Under the pieces are notes generated by a model that was given only the letters and a program-made list of their open reading frames with translations, did not search any database and was not told the origin of the DNA. DNA of 64,000 bases from an uncultured Acidobacteriaceae bacterium (lineage in GTDB: Bacteria; Acidobacteriota; Terriglobia; Terriglobales; Acidobacteriaceae), in NCBI GenBank assembly GCA_963836635.1, contig CAWILB010000074.1, forward strand, positions 9,677-73,676. The letters are read 5' to 3'. The position numbers and the translations under genes were made by a program. How positions within the stretch are numbered: the stretch's first letter is position 1; each line of letters starts with the position of its first letter. Positions 53,204 through 62,586 of this stretch are shown here, piece by piece.

Positions 53204-53950
53204 GTGGGAGACAAGAAAATCCCTACCGCCGAGCCCGCAGAAGCGGCATTGCAAGGTGCTGTCAATCCGCGCTTCGGCGAGGTAAGAATCCGCAATCGAC
53301 GTCTGCCCCACTGGGAAAAGGATGGAGCCCTTTATTTCATTACCTTTCGCCTCGCAGATTCCTTGCCACGGCAAGTTATTGAAAGAATGATGGAACGTTA
53401 TAGGATTCTTCGAGTCGCAAAGGAGACCGACGCGCATCTCCTCCCACACCAAAAAGCACTCATCGCTGAGTTCAGTTCAAGCAAAATTGAGGAGTACTTC
53501 GACCGCGGAATCGGGGAGTGCCACCTTCGCAATCCGCGAATTGCAAACCTTGTGGCAAATGCGCTCCGTCTTCGACACGGCCAGCGATACCGGCTCATTG
53601 CATGGTGCATCATGCCGAATCATGTTCACGTAGTGTTTCGATTGTTCCCAGAGCAGGAGCTTGCCGCGGTAATGTCGAGTTGGAAGTCATACACAGCAAG
53701 AATGGCGAATCGGATTCTTGGGCGAACCGGCGCATTCTGGCAACGGGAATATTACGACCGCCTGATTCGGAACGGAGATGAGTTCGAACGCGCCGTCCGC
53801 TACGTTTTGATGAATCCGGAACGCGCGGGGTTAGTGGGATGGGAGTGGGTGTGGAGTACGGGCGTGGACGCCCGTACGACAACCGGGCTGGAGCCCGGCG
53901 CTACAAATGCGGAGCCCGGCGTGATTAGATATGGCGCGGGGACGGAATAA
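53204..53950 (+). mobile_element. REP-associated tyrosine transposase (RAYT, HUH Y1 family)
   Basis: RLPHW...YFITFRLADSLP, IMPNHVH (HUH), SWKSYTA, FWQREYYDRLIRN, YVLMNP. Flanked by inverted REPs. Confidence 0.88.
53856..53904 (-). repeat. GTAG-type REP (right flank, overlapping the RAYT 3' end)
   Basis: gtacgggcgtggacgcccgtacgacaaccgggctggagcccggcgctac. Confidence 0.92.
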
Positions 53951-53971
53951 AGGTGCGACCCAAATAACGCG

Positions 53972-54409
53972 CTACAACAGCTTACCGGCGGCCAAATCCC
54001 GGATCAGCCCACGGTCGGCGGCGAGAAACTCGTAGCTGGGCAGGTCAGTGACCTTGACCCACTTTACCTGTGCATGGATATGATTCTGAATCTCGCCCGT
54101 GAACTCGCGAACGGTGAAGAATTGCAGGTCGACGGCGCCGCCACGGCGGTAGTTGTGCCGGATTCGGGTGAATTGCGGTCCGATGGTGGCCTGGATGCCG
54201 AGCTCTTCGCTTAGCTCGCGGGCCAGAGCCTGCTGGGGGCTTTCGCCGGGCTCGATCTTGCCGCCGGGGAACTCCCATAGCAGGGGCATCGGCTGGTTGG
54301 CGCCGCGCTGGCCGATCAGGACTTCGCCGTCGCGAATAATAAGTGCGGCGGCCACAAAGCGCAGCGCCCCGGGGGGACGCGAGCCGGCGTTGGATGCGGC
54401 GTCATGCAC
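53972..54409 (-). CDS. NUDIX hydrolase, MutT/NudG-like
   Basis: Nudix box WEFPGGKIEPGESPQQALARELSEELGI. Confidence 0.88.
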   Translation of the reverse strand: MHDAASNAGSRPPGALRFVAAALIIRDGEVLIGQRGANQPMPLLWEFPGGKIEPGESPQQALARELSEELGIQATIGPQFTRIRHNYRRGGAVDLQFFTVREFTGEIQNHIHAQVKWVKVTDLPSYEFLAADRGLIRDLAAGKLL

Positions 54410-54486
54410 GCGATTATTGTAAACGAAACAAAGCAGATGCGTTTACGCCGCGACACAACCCAGCGCTTTTGCCGACATCGAAGGGA

Positions 54487-55255
54487 CTAATCGCCGTTTA
54501 CCGCCGCATGGAGCCCATCGGCGCCCTCCGGCTTGAAGTAACCCCAGCCGCGCTTGCCGGCTTCAGCCATAAGGGCAGGCGAGGGGTTTACCGGGAAGGG
54601 GCAACGGGCCATCTCCAGCATGGCCAGATCGTGGATCGAGTTGCCGAAGACTGCATCCGGGTGGGGTATCCCGATTCGCCTGAGCGCCGTGGCCTTGGCC
54701 GGACCGGTGGGAACATCGACAAGTTCGCTGGTAATGATGCCGTTTGCGACCTGGACCTCGGCGGCAACTATGCGCTCCTCCGGGATGCCGAAGTCGCGGA
54801 GTGCCTCCGCTATGACCCAGCGATTGGTTGAGCTGACGGCCCAGAGTTCCGTGCCTGCGTTGCGCAGGACTGCCACCAGTTTCACCATTTCGGCGAAAAT
54901 GTTGGGCCGGATAAACTCGTTGAAGTACTGGGCGGCAGCGGCGCGCAGCTCCTGGTCGCGCAGCCCTGCGTATATCTGCACCATCTCGCCGCAGATCGCC
55001 TCTTCACTGACGTTGCCGGCGCGATAAGCGCGATGGCGGTTGTCGATCCAGTCGCTGGTGGAGCGGGAAACCAGTCCCTGCTCGAGCGACCAGACCATGA
55101 AACCGTATCCAGCGTCGCCGCTCCACAGAGTTCCATCGCAGTCGAAAACCGCTACGCGGGGTCTGCACTCGACTTACCAGCCGCTCAAACTCCTCGGCGG
55201 ACCATTTTGATGCTTCTATTTCCGTACGCAACAAGCGTTCCTCAATCCTGCTCAC
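54487..55255 (-). CDS. HAD-IB family hydrolase (frameshift near 55170)
   Basis: VFDCDGTLW (read on the minus strand near 55150), WAVSST, K, FGNSIHDLAML. Confidence 0.8.
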
Positions 55256-55491
55256 ATCTGTTGTCCAATTCTATTTTCTTCGATGTGAGGCGGAATTGCA
55301 CGTCAAGGTTCGATGAAGAGTAGGGTTCGCGGAAGGTTGCAGCCCGCTTGCGAGCCCGGAAACACTGTTGCGATCAATGCGTTGCCGCATTATGAGCCCC
55401 TTTAGTGCCACTGTTGATTCCTTGGTGAACGTGGTTCGGTAACCTGGCAGCCGGCGCCAGGCGAAGCTGGAACGCGCGGATAATCGAAGGT

Positions 55492-56518
55492 GTGGAAAGT
55501 ACGGGCAATCTTGGGCTCCTGCGCGATTATCAGACCTACCTGAGGGTTGAAAAAGGACTGCGTCCGCTCACCTGCGAGGCATATTTAAGCGACCTCAGAA
55601 CCTTTGCCGAGTTTATTGAGAAACGCAATGGCGTCTTATCGATGGCCGTGCAGGAAGACGTGACGGCGTTTCTTGAGCATTTGCGCGCGCATCGATCGAG
55701 TCGCGGTCGGCGGCGCGCAAGCTGAGCTGCCTGCGCGGGTTTTACAAGTGGCTGCTGCTCGACCGGCGCATCCATCACGACCCGACCGTGAACATCGAGT
55801 CGCCCAAATCATGGAAGGTGCTGCCGAAGTCGCTGGCCGAAGCCGGAGGTCAATGGAGATGCTGGAGCGCGCGCAGATGGCTGCGAACGCATCCACAGGC
55901 CCAGGCTATTGCGCTCAGGGATCGAGCAATTCTGGAACTGCTTTACGCCGGCGGGCTGCGCGTGTCAGAGGTGACGGCGCTCTCCACCAGCGACCTGGCG
56001 CTCGATTCCGGCCGGGTGCAGGTGCGCGGCAAAGGCGACAAGGAGAGGATTGTGCCGCTGGGGCGCTCCGCGATTGCTGGCTTTGGAGCAGTATCTGCGT
56101 GAGGGACGGCCGCATCTTGACCGCATCAGCTCGGCGCGCGGGGCTCGCGGCGCAGCGCAACGAGGGAGCGCGGCTGTTTCTGTCGCTGCGCGGCATGCCG
56201 TTGACGCGGCAATGGGTGTGGCACCTGGTGAAGATGGCCAGCGGAACGACGGCGAGCCCGCACATGCTGCGGCACAGTTGCGCCACGCACATGGTGGAGC
56301 ACGGCGCCGATCTGCGCAGCGTGCAGCTGATGCTGGGCCACGCGGACATTTCAACCACGCAGATATACACCCACCTGGCGCTGGGACGGCTGAAGGCCGT
56401 GCATCGCATGCACCATCCTCGTGGGATGCGAATAGTTGAGGAGAGCCAGCCGGACGCGGAACGCGCCAACGCCGAGTGCGAAGCAGAGACAAGCGATTCG
56501 CTTGAGGGAACCGCATGA
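55492..56518 (+). CDS. xerD: Tyrosine recombinase XerD (frameshifts)
   Basis: [70 protein letters not shown]. Confidence 0.85.
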
Positions 56519-57485
56519 GCCCGGCAGCGATTGCGGCAAGTCCTGCCGAACTGGCAGCCGAGTATCTGCGCATGCTTGAGAGCGAGCGCGGAGTCTTCAG
56601 CGCATACCATGCGGGCATACCGTCGCGAGCTGGGCGATTTTACCGCGTGGGTGAGCGGCAATGAATCCGGACTCGGCACGGAGCCGGCGTGGAGCGCATC
56701 GAGCACACGCACATTCGCGCCTACCTGGGAACGCTGTACGATCGCGGGCTTTCGAAGGCCTCTGCGGCGCGGGCGCTGGCCGCCATCCGGAGCTGGTTCA
56801 AGTGGCTGGCGCGCGGGCGATACATTCGAGCAGAATGCGGCTGTCGCTGGTTTCGACGCCGAAGCTGCCGAAGCATTTGCCGCGTGTGCCTTCCATCGAG
56901 CAGATGAACCGCGTGGTCGATTCGGTGGGCGAAGATGCGGCGAGCTGGCCGGCGCGCGACCGTGCGATTCTCGAGATGCTGTATGGATGCGGCATCCGCA
57001 ATGCCGAGCTGACCGGTCTGAACCTTGAAGACATTCACTGGGCTAACGAAGCAGTGCTGGTGCGCGGCAAGGGGCAGAAGCAGCGCTACGTGCCGCTGGG
57101 CGATGCGGCCGCGCAGTCGTTGCGCGTGTATCTCACTGAGCGCTCGGCGCGGCTGGCTGCGGCCGGCGGCGATGCGCGCACGCCGGCGCTTTTTTTGAAT
57201 CTGCAGCTGCGCGGGCTCGCGAACGGCGGACGGGCGAGGCTCACAACGCGAAGTGTGGGGCGGATCGTGAAGCGCATCGCAATTCTGCGCGGGCTGCCGG
57301 CCGACGTTCATCCGCACACGCTGCGGCACGCCTTCGGCACGCACCTGCTTGAGGAGGGCGCGGACCTGCGCGCCATTCAGGAGCTGCTGGGGCACGAGCG
57401 GCTCTCAACCACGCAGCGCTACACGCAGATGAGCACCGCGCAACTGGTCCAGGTCTACGACAAGACCCATCCGCGGGCGAGATAA
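56515..57485 (+). CDS. xerC: Tyrosine recombinase XerC (frameshifts)
   Basis: [66 protein letters not shown] overlap with xerD. Confidence 0.85.
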
Positions 57486-57660
57486 CGTTGTAGAGAGCCG
57501 CATCTTCAGCGGCTGCGCCGAGCGGTAGTTTCCAAGATCCATGCGACTGTTTATTGCGCGTAGAACAACCGCAAATCCTTTCACTCCGCTGAGGACAGGC
57601 ACCGGGGCACCCGGCATTTCTGATTGCGATGAATGTTAGCATTAGGCTTCGAGGACATGT

Positions 57661-57840
57661 ATGCAGCAGACTACGATTACAGTGTCTAATCCTGATGGAA
57701 CAGTTTGGAAAACATTCTCTCCAATGAGCTGGTCCATCGATGAAAATCGTGTGCTGATAATTACGGAGGGTTCCGGCGGCACTGCAACTGGAGTTGTATG
57801 GACGACACTACTCTTTGCCGTTGAACAGCAGAATCAGTAG
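57661..57840 (+). CDS. Small 59-aa hypothetical protein (not in the ORF track)
   Basis: RBS gagga, then MQQTTITVSNPDGTVWKTFSPMSWSIDENRVLIITEGSGGTATGVVWTTLLFAVEQQNQ*. Confidence 0.45.
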   Translation: MQQTTITVSNPDGTVWKTFSPMSWSIDENRVLIITEGSGGTATGVVWTTLLFAVEQQNQ

Positions 57841-57893
57841 TACAAATAACGGCCTCTAACCAAATTCAAACTGTGCCACTGCCTGAGGGTCGC

Positions 57894-59375
57894 GTGAAGC
57901 GAAGGGATTTTGTACGGCTTGGATGGGCCACCATGATAGCGACCGGGGCAGGCGAGCTGCGGCCCGCGTTTGCTGAGTCGCCAGGCCTCCAGCGGGTTCC
58001 GGAGCCGCTGCAGCATTCGATGACAGCAACTTCGGAACCGAAGGCCACCGGACGCGCGGCGGATTTCACCCTGCAAATCGCGCCCATGTTGGTCGAGCTG
58101 GCCCCGCAGGTTGTCATCAGCACAATCGGCTACAGCAATAATGTTCCCGGTCCCCTGCTGCGGATGCGCGAGGGCCAGCGCGTCACCGTCGAAGTTGTGA
58201 ACGACACAGACGTTCCGGAGTTCGTGCATTGGCATGGCCTCTTCGTCCCCTCTGAAATGGACGGGGCCGAGGAAGAAGGCACACCGCCGGTCCCGCCCCA
58301 CGGTCGCCGCCGCTATCAATTCGTGGCCAAACCGGCGGGTTCGCGATGGTACCACTCGCACACTGCGGCCATGATGGATCTGCATCGCGGCTCCTACACC
58401 GGCCAGTTCGGCTTTCTCATGATCGATTCAGCGAATGACCATGGACGCTATGATCAGGAAGTTTTTCTGGCGCTGCGTGAATGGCAATATTTTCTGTCTA
58501 CGATGGATCAGGACGAGATGGCGCCGGATCCCAGGGACCCGATGCCCGAAAAACCCGCCACTCCAGACCTGCGTCCGAACGGACTCGAAATCAGCGCTCC
58601 GCTTTATTCCATTAACGACAAAATACTCGGAGCGGGGGAACCCCTCCGCGTGCAGCCGGGTCAGCGCGTGCTGATGCACCTGCTCAACGCGAGCGCTGCC
58701 CAGATTCATCGCTTGGCTTTGCCCGGCCACAAGTTTCAGGTGGTCGCTCTCGACGGCAATCCCGTGCCGACGCCTCAGCCTGTGGATTTGATTGAGATCG
58801 CCCCCGGCGAGCGCGTGGATGCGATCGTGGAGATGAATAACCCGGGCGTCTGGATTTTAGGGGAGATCCGCGATGTCGCTCGGCAATCCGGAATGGGCAT
58901 CGTGGTGGAGTACGCCAATCAAAAGCAGCGCGCGCGATGGGCTCCGCTTCCCATGTCGCGCTGGGACTACACCATTTTTGGCACGACCGCGCCGCATCCC
59001 GCGCCGGACCAGACCATCGACATGGTCTTTGAAAAAGTGCCCGGCGGACCCAATCGATTCAATCACTGGCTCGTCAACGGCAAAGAATATCCGCATGAAC
59101 GGGAATTCGTGTTGCACGAGGGAGGCCGCTACCGGCTGGTGTTTCACAATCGCAGCGACGATTCTCATCCTCTCCATATCCATAGGCACATGTTCGAGCT
59201 GGTCGAACTCAACGGCAAGCCCACTTCCGGCATTATGAAAGACACGGTGATCGTTCCCGCATTTGGGCGCGCCACGGTAGATCTGGTCGCCGACCAGCCG
59301 GGCCTGACGCTGTTTCACTGCCATATCCAGCACCACATGGACTTTGGTTTCATGGCGCTGTTTCGCTACGCCTGA
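57894..59375 (+). CDS. Tat-exported multicopper oxidase
   Basis: KRRDFV Tat motif, HWHG, WYHSH, HPLHIHRH, HCHIQHHMDFGFM. Confidence 0.92.
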   Translation: MKRRDFVRLGWATMIATGAGELRPAFAESPGLQRVPEPLQHSMTATSEPKATGRAADFTLQIAPMLVELAPQVVISTIGYSNNVPGPLLRMREGQRVTVEVVNDTDVPEFVHWHGLFVPSEMDGAEEEGTPPVPPHGRRRYQFVAKPAGSRWYHSHTAAMMDLHRGSYTGQFGFLMIDSANDHGRYDQEVFLALREWQYFLSTMDQDEMAPDPRDPMPEKPATPDLRPNGLEISAPLYSINDKILGAGEPLRVQPGQRVLMHLLNASAAQIHRLALPGHKFQVVALDGNPVPTPQPVDLIEIAPGERVDAIVEMNNPGVWILGEIRDVARQSGMGIVVEYANQKQRARWAPLPMSRWDYTIFGTTAPHPAPDQTIDMVFEKVPGGPNRFNHWLVNGKEYPHEREFVLHEGGRYRLVFHNRSDDSHPLHIHRHMFELVELNGKPTSGIMKDTVIVPAFGRATVDLVADQPGLTLFHCHIQHHMDFGFMALFRYA

Positions 59376-59553
59376 GCAGGTCTCGTAGCCGTTCATCCGC
59401 CCAGAACAATCAAAAGAACTGTTGTCATCCCGAAACGCAGTGAGGGATCTGCGGTTGTTCTTAGGGATCTCCGCCTTTAAGACGCGTTGTTTCCGGATTG
59501 CCGGTAATTCGACCGGAACGAGACAGGTCGTCGTTTTCAAGTCATGATCTGAG

Positions 59554-59907
59554 TCAGCGAACGACTTTCATGCAAGCCAGAATTGCAATGCCGCACATCA
59601 GAGTTACCGCAAAAGAAATGACCACAGCCCAAACAACACGTGCGACGCGATAGCTTTCCCGATCCATGAAGCTAAATATTGCTCCAGCCACTCCGAACTG
59701 GAGAACAACGCATGAGAGAAGGCCGATTCTGGCCTGATGCTGTGCGACGGCAATGCTGTGTTCTCGTCCGGGGAGACCCCACAGGTCTCCGACTACGACT
59801 CCGTTCGCTATGTAAATCATGCAGCCAACTGCCGCTCCCAATCCAGCGAGGACAGCTAGTGTCAGGCGAAGCCATTTTGGGAACCGAGTCTGGTAAGTTT
59901 GCGCCAT
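59554..59907 (-). CDS. Hypothetical 3-TM membrane protein
   Basis: 117 aa with three hydrophobic helices. Confidence 0.5.
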   Translation of the reverse strand: MAQTYQTRFPKWLRLTLAVLAGLGAAVGCMIYIANGVVVGDLWGLPGREHSIAVAQHQARIGLLSCVVLQFGVAGAIFSFMDRESYRVARVVWAVVISFAVTLMCGIAILACMKVVR

Positions 59908-60101
59908 TACATAGAATCGTCGACGTGCGTTCAGCGACCGCACCTGCAATGATTACGCGGACCAATCCGCGCTAGTTCCCAAGTGGTCGCCGATCCTTCT
60001 CTATGCCGAATCTTCACCCTGGAAAGCGACCGAATCTGCCCGGAATTTGAGTAGGGGAAGTATGGGCGGTGATAAACCCGGAACCTGCCAATGCGGCTCG
60101 T

Positions 60102-60932
60102 TCAATTCTCCGTCGGCGTATCCGCATGCTCGATCACATATGAGTCTGTTTCGACCTTTTGTCTTTCCAATCTAAGTCCTAGTTGCTCGACTGCGGCCGG
60201 ATCAGGGTCAACGTTTGGCGCCATCTGCTGTTGAGCTTGGTCTGGATTCACTTCCGAGGTCCACTTATGCTCGAAATTGTAAAGGCCTTTTAGTCCGGTT
60301 TCATCAACTACAGTTACGTGAAGCCGAGAGCCGAGGAAGCTGCTGAAGAGAGACATCGGCACTCTTTCTGCTATGATCGCCCACAATCCCTTCTGACTGA
60401 TCAGGGGAGATCCCGGGTCGTTTGTCAATGTCATCTTGGGGCCCGATTTAGCGACGGTAAGCGTATATCCAAAACGCATCTTGGGCTCAGACTTGAGCGA
60501 TAAAGCGAAGCGGTCGCTTAGAAGCATTTGCAAGCGCTTGAGAGTTACCTCATGTGGTACGTCAGACGTCAGCGTACCGACATCCTCCGCGGGTTTGGCC
60601 AGCACATCGAATCGTTGAGAGTCGGTCCATTTATCCCCTCCGCTTATTTGCTCGGGTCTTATCTCGTATGCGACCTGGATAAGCAGTTTGAGCGATGCGT
60701 TCTCGGCGCGAAATCCTCCACCGGGAGGAAACTGAAACGACGCGCGTTCGTCTTTCTCGGCGCTCGGGTGAATCGCGGCCACTCCGAATCGCTCAATGAC
60801 CTGAGGGGTTTCTTGAGCCCGCGGAGGCTCTGCCTGAGGACTCGCGAGGCTTAATGTGCCAGGAATTAGCGCAAGGAGTCCAATACACAACCCAGTAATC
60901 CGCGAGCCCTTCATGAGTGCGGGTGCGTCCAT
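60102..60932 (-). CDS. TIGR03435-family (Acidobacteria-expanded) protein
   Basis: F.VAAIHPS, SLKLLIQVAY, RFDVLAK, LQMLLSDRF, VVDETGLKG, EQLGLRLE, VIEHADTPTEN. Confidence 0.85.
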   Translation of the reverse strand: MDAPALMKGSRITGLCIGLLALIPGTLSLASPQAEPPRAQETPQVIERFGVAAIHPSAEKDERASFQFPPGGGFRAENASLKLLIQVAYEIRPEQISGGDKWTDSQRFDVLAKPAEDVGTLTSDVPHEVTLKRLQMLLSDRFALSLKSEPKMRFGYTLTVAKSGPKMTLTNDPGSPLISQKGLWAIIAERVPMSLFSSFLGSRLHVTVVDETGLKGLYNFEHKWTSEVNPDQAQQQMAPNVDPDPAAVEQLGLRLERQKVETDSYVIEHADTPTEN

Positions 60933-61387
60933 GCCCGATCCCTCTCAACAATCCGTAAATATTAACTGGTGGAAACTATCGTACACCCCGGTTCGACCGT
61001 AGACGATGTCCCGCCCCGCAGGTTGAGAAGTCCCGATAACTCAGAATGTGACGTAATTCGAGCAACAATGCACGCTGGGTGCGAGTCTTGGTCGGATGGT
61101 CGCCAATTCGGAAGTTTCTCGTGATCCCGATCATCGGGCCCAGCCGAATTGGCCGGAGAATGTAGCCTCGAAGCTGCCCACCACGCTTTCGATGCGAATC
61201 CTATCCAGTAAACTTTACGACCAGCATAAATACGGCCGCCATCAAGGTGCCGGACGCCTGGTTCGCAGTGTAATAGGTGGCCGCTAAGGACTAACGTCAC
61301 TGCCAGGATTGAACTATATTCCGGGGCAGAATTGAGTAGAACCCGCAGCACAGCTTGAACCAGGGCGTCATAGATCGTTGAGAAACA

Positions 61388-61879
61388 CTACTTCCCGGCT
61401 GGATGGATATGAAACAGGCGGCGATCATACTTGATTCGCCGACATGCCTCGATCGAGATTCTTCTCGCATCGGGATGTCTGGGATTCAGAAGGATATTCA
61501 AGGAATAAGGAGATGGGAAGGACGGAACACCAGCGAGCGCAGACAGGTTGCTACGGAGCCAGTCGTTTCCCTTTTTGCGGGACAATGACTGCGACAGCGT
61601 TTTGTAAAAGGTTCGCAAAGCGGGGGAACCACCGGAGGGAAACACCATCGAAGCATAGACATCGTCGGGAACACTTACTTCGAGGAGTTGGTATTTCTCT
61701 GGAAACAGCGCCGGATTGCCTTTGAGGTTTGCGAGCGATTCCAGTAGTGCGCCGGCCGGGGATTCAGACAGGTAGACGATTCGTTTCCCTCTCGCGGCGG
61801 TGTGCCAGCGTCCGTCCGATTTTTCTCCTCCCAATCCGTCAAGGTCGCAATGGTTGCTGATTCTCCAGAGGGCCTTCAC
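61388..61879 (-). CDS. RES-domain toxin (MbcT/ParT-like)
   Basis: LWRIS, GRWH, VYLSES..ALLE, VPS, NILLNPRHPD. Confidence 0.85.
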   Translation of the reverse strand: MKALWRISNHCDLDGLGGEKSDGRWHTAARGKRIVYLSESPAGALLESLANLKGNPALFPEKYQLLEVSVPDDVYASMVFPSGGSPALRTFYKTLSQSLSRKKGNDWLRSNLSALAGVPSFPSPYSLNILLNPRHPDARRISIEACRRIKYDRRLFHIHPAGK

Positions 61880-62289
61880 GTGTAAATCCCCTCATCGATC
61901 TGCCAGAGCATGCTTTCTACCAGACGACCGCCATTTTCATTCACCAGCATCTGCATGGGAGTTCGATTATCGAGCCGGTCATCCACGGTTCGAAGCCAAA
62001 GCAGCGCTTTGATGCGCGAGCCAAAGACCCTGTCTGCCAGGTCGATAATGCGGGCTACGCGAAGAACTCTATCGGTTTCGACGCTGGAGAGCTTTTCTTT
62101 GCGTGATTTGCGGTGCTTCAGCGTCCGTGGGGAAATCACAATATCGGAAATCTCAGTAAACGTAAGACCTTGGTCTTTGAGTGACTGGACCGCTGCCAGG
62201 GGGAGGCCCTTCTCCGACAACAAAGCAAGTTCAAGGTCGGACGTAGCTTTGAGGCCGGCAAAAGTCAAAACACTGGAGTTGGCAGCCAT
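61876..62289 (-). CDS. Xre/MbcA/ParS-type antitoxin
   Basis: ISPRTLKHRK, LSSVETDRVLRVARI, VFG...WL...P..ML. Four-bp overlap with the toxin gene. Confidence 0.85.
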   Translation of the reverse strand: MAANSSVLTFAGLKATSDLELALLSEKGLPLAAVQSLKDQGLTFTEISDIVISPRTLKHRKSRKEKLSSVETDRVLRVARIIDLADRVFGSRIKALLWLRTVDDRLDNRTPMQMLVNENGGRLVESMLWQIDEGIYT

Positions 62290-62497
62290 AGAAACCTCCG
62301 TAGACAGTATGCCACAACATCGAGTGGCATATTGTCCATAGTAACACGCCGAACGCGAGCTTCGTCCCCGGCAGCGCCAGGAATATTGCGCTTGTCCTTG
62401 GTTCAAACGGTCTCACAAATAATCTCTGTAACAGCTTTTTAATCTGCTGAATATAGACAAGGATTATTGAACGGATAGAAGATGTTCTGGAAAGTAG

Positions 62498-62562
62498 CCC
62501 CAACTTGGCGAGTTTCCCCAACTTGGCAAGTCCCCCCAACGTCCTGGCAAGCAATCCCCAAC
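62498..62562 (+). repeat. Degenerate tandem repeat of about 18 bp upstream of the phosphoesterase gene
   Basis: ccccaacttggcgagttt / ccccaacttggcaagtcc / ccccaacgtcctggcaagcaat / ccccaac. Confidence 0.7.
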
Positions 62563-62586
62563 CACCAATCCGAACCGGAGGTCTGC

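Noticed and set aside
60962-61351. 129-aa minus-strand ORF between the TIGR03435 gene and the RES toxin
   Set aside because: No RBS or recognisable motif, so it cannot be supported.
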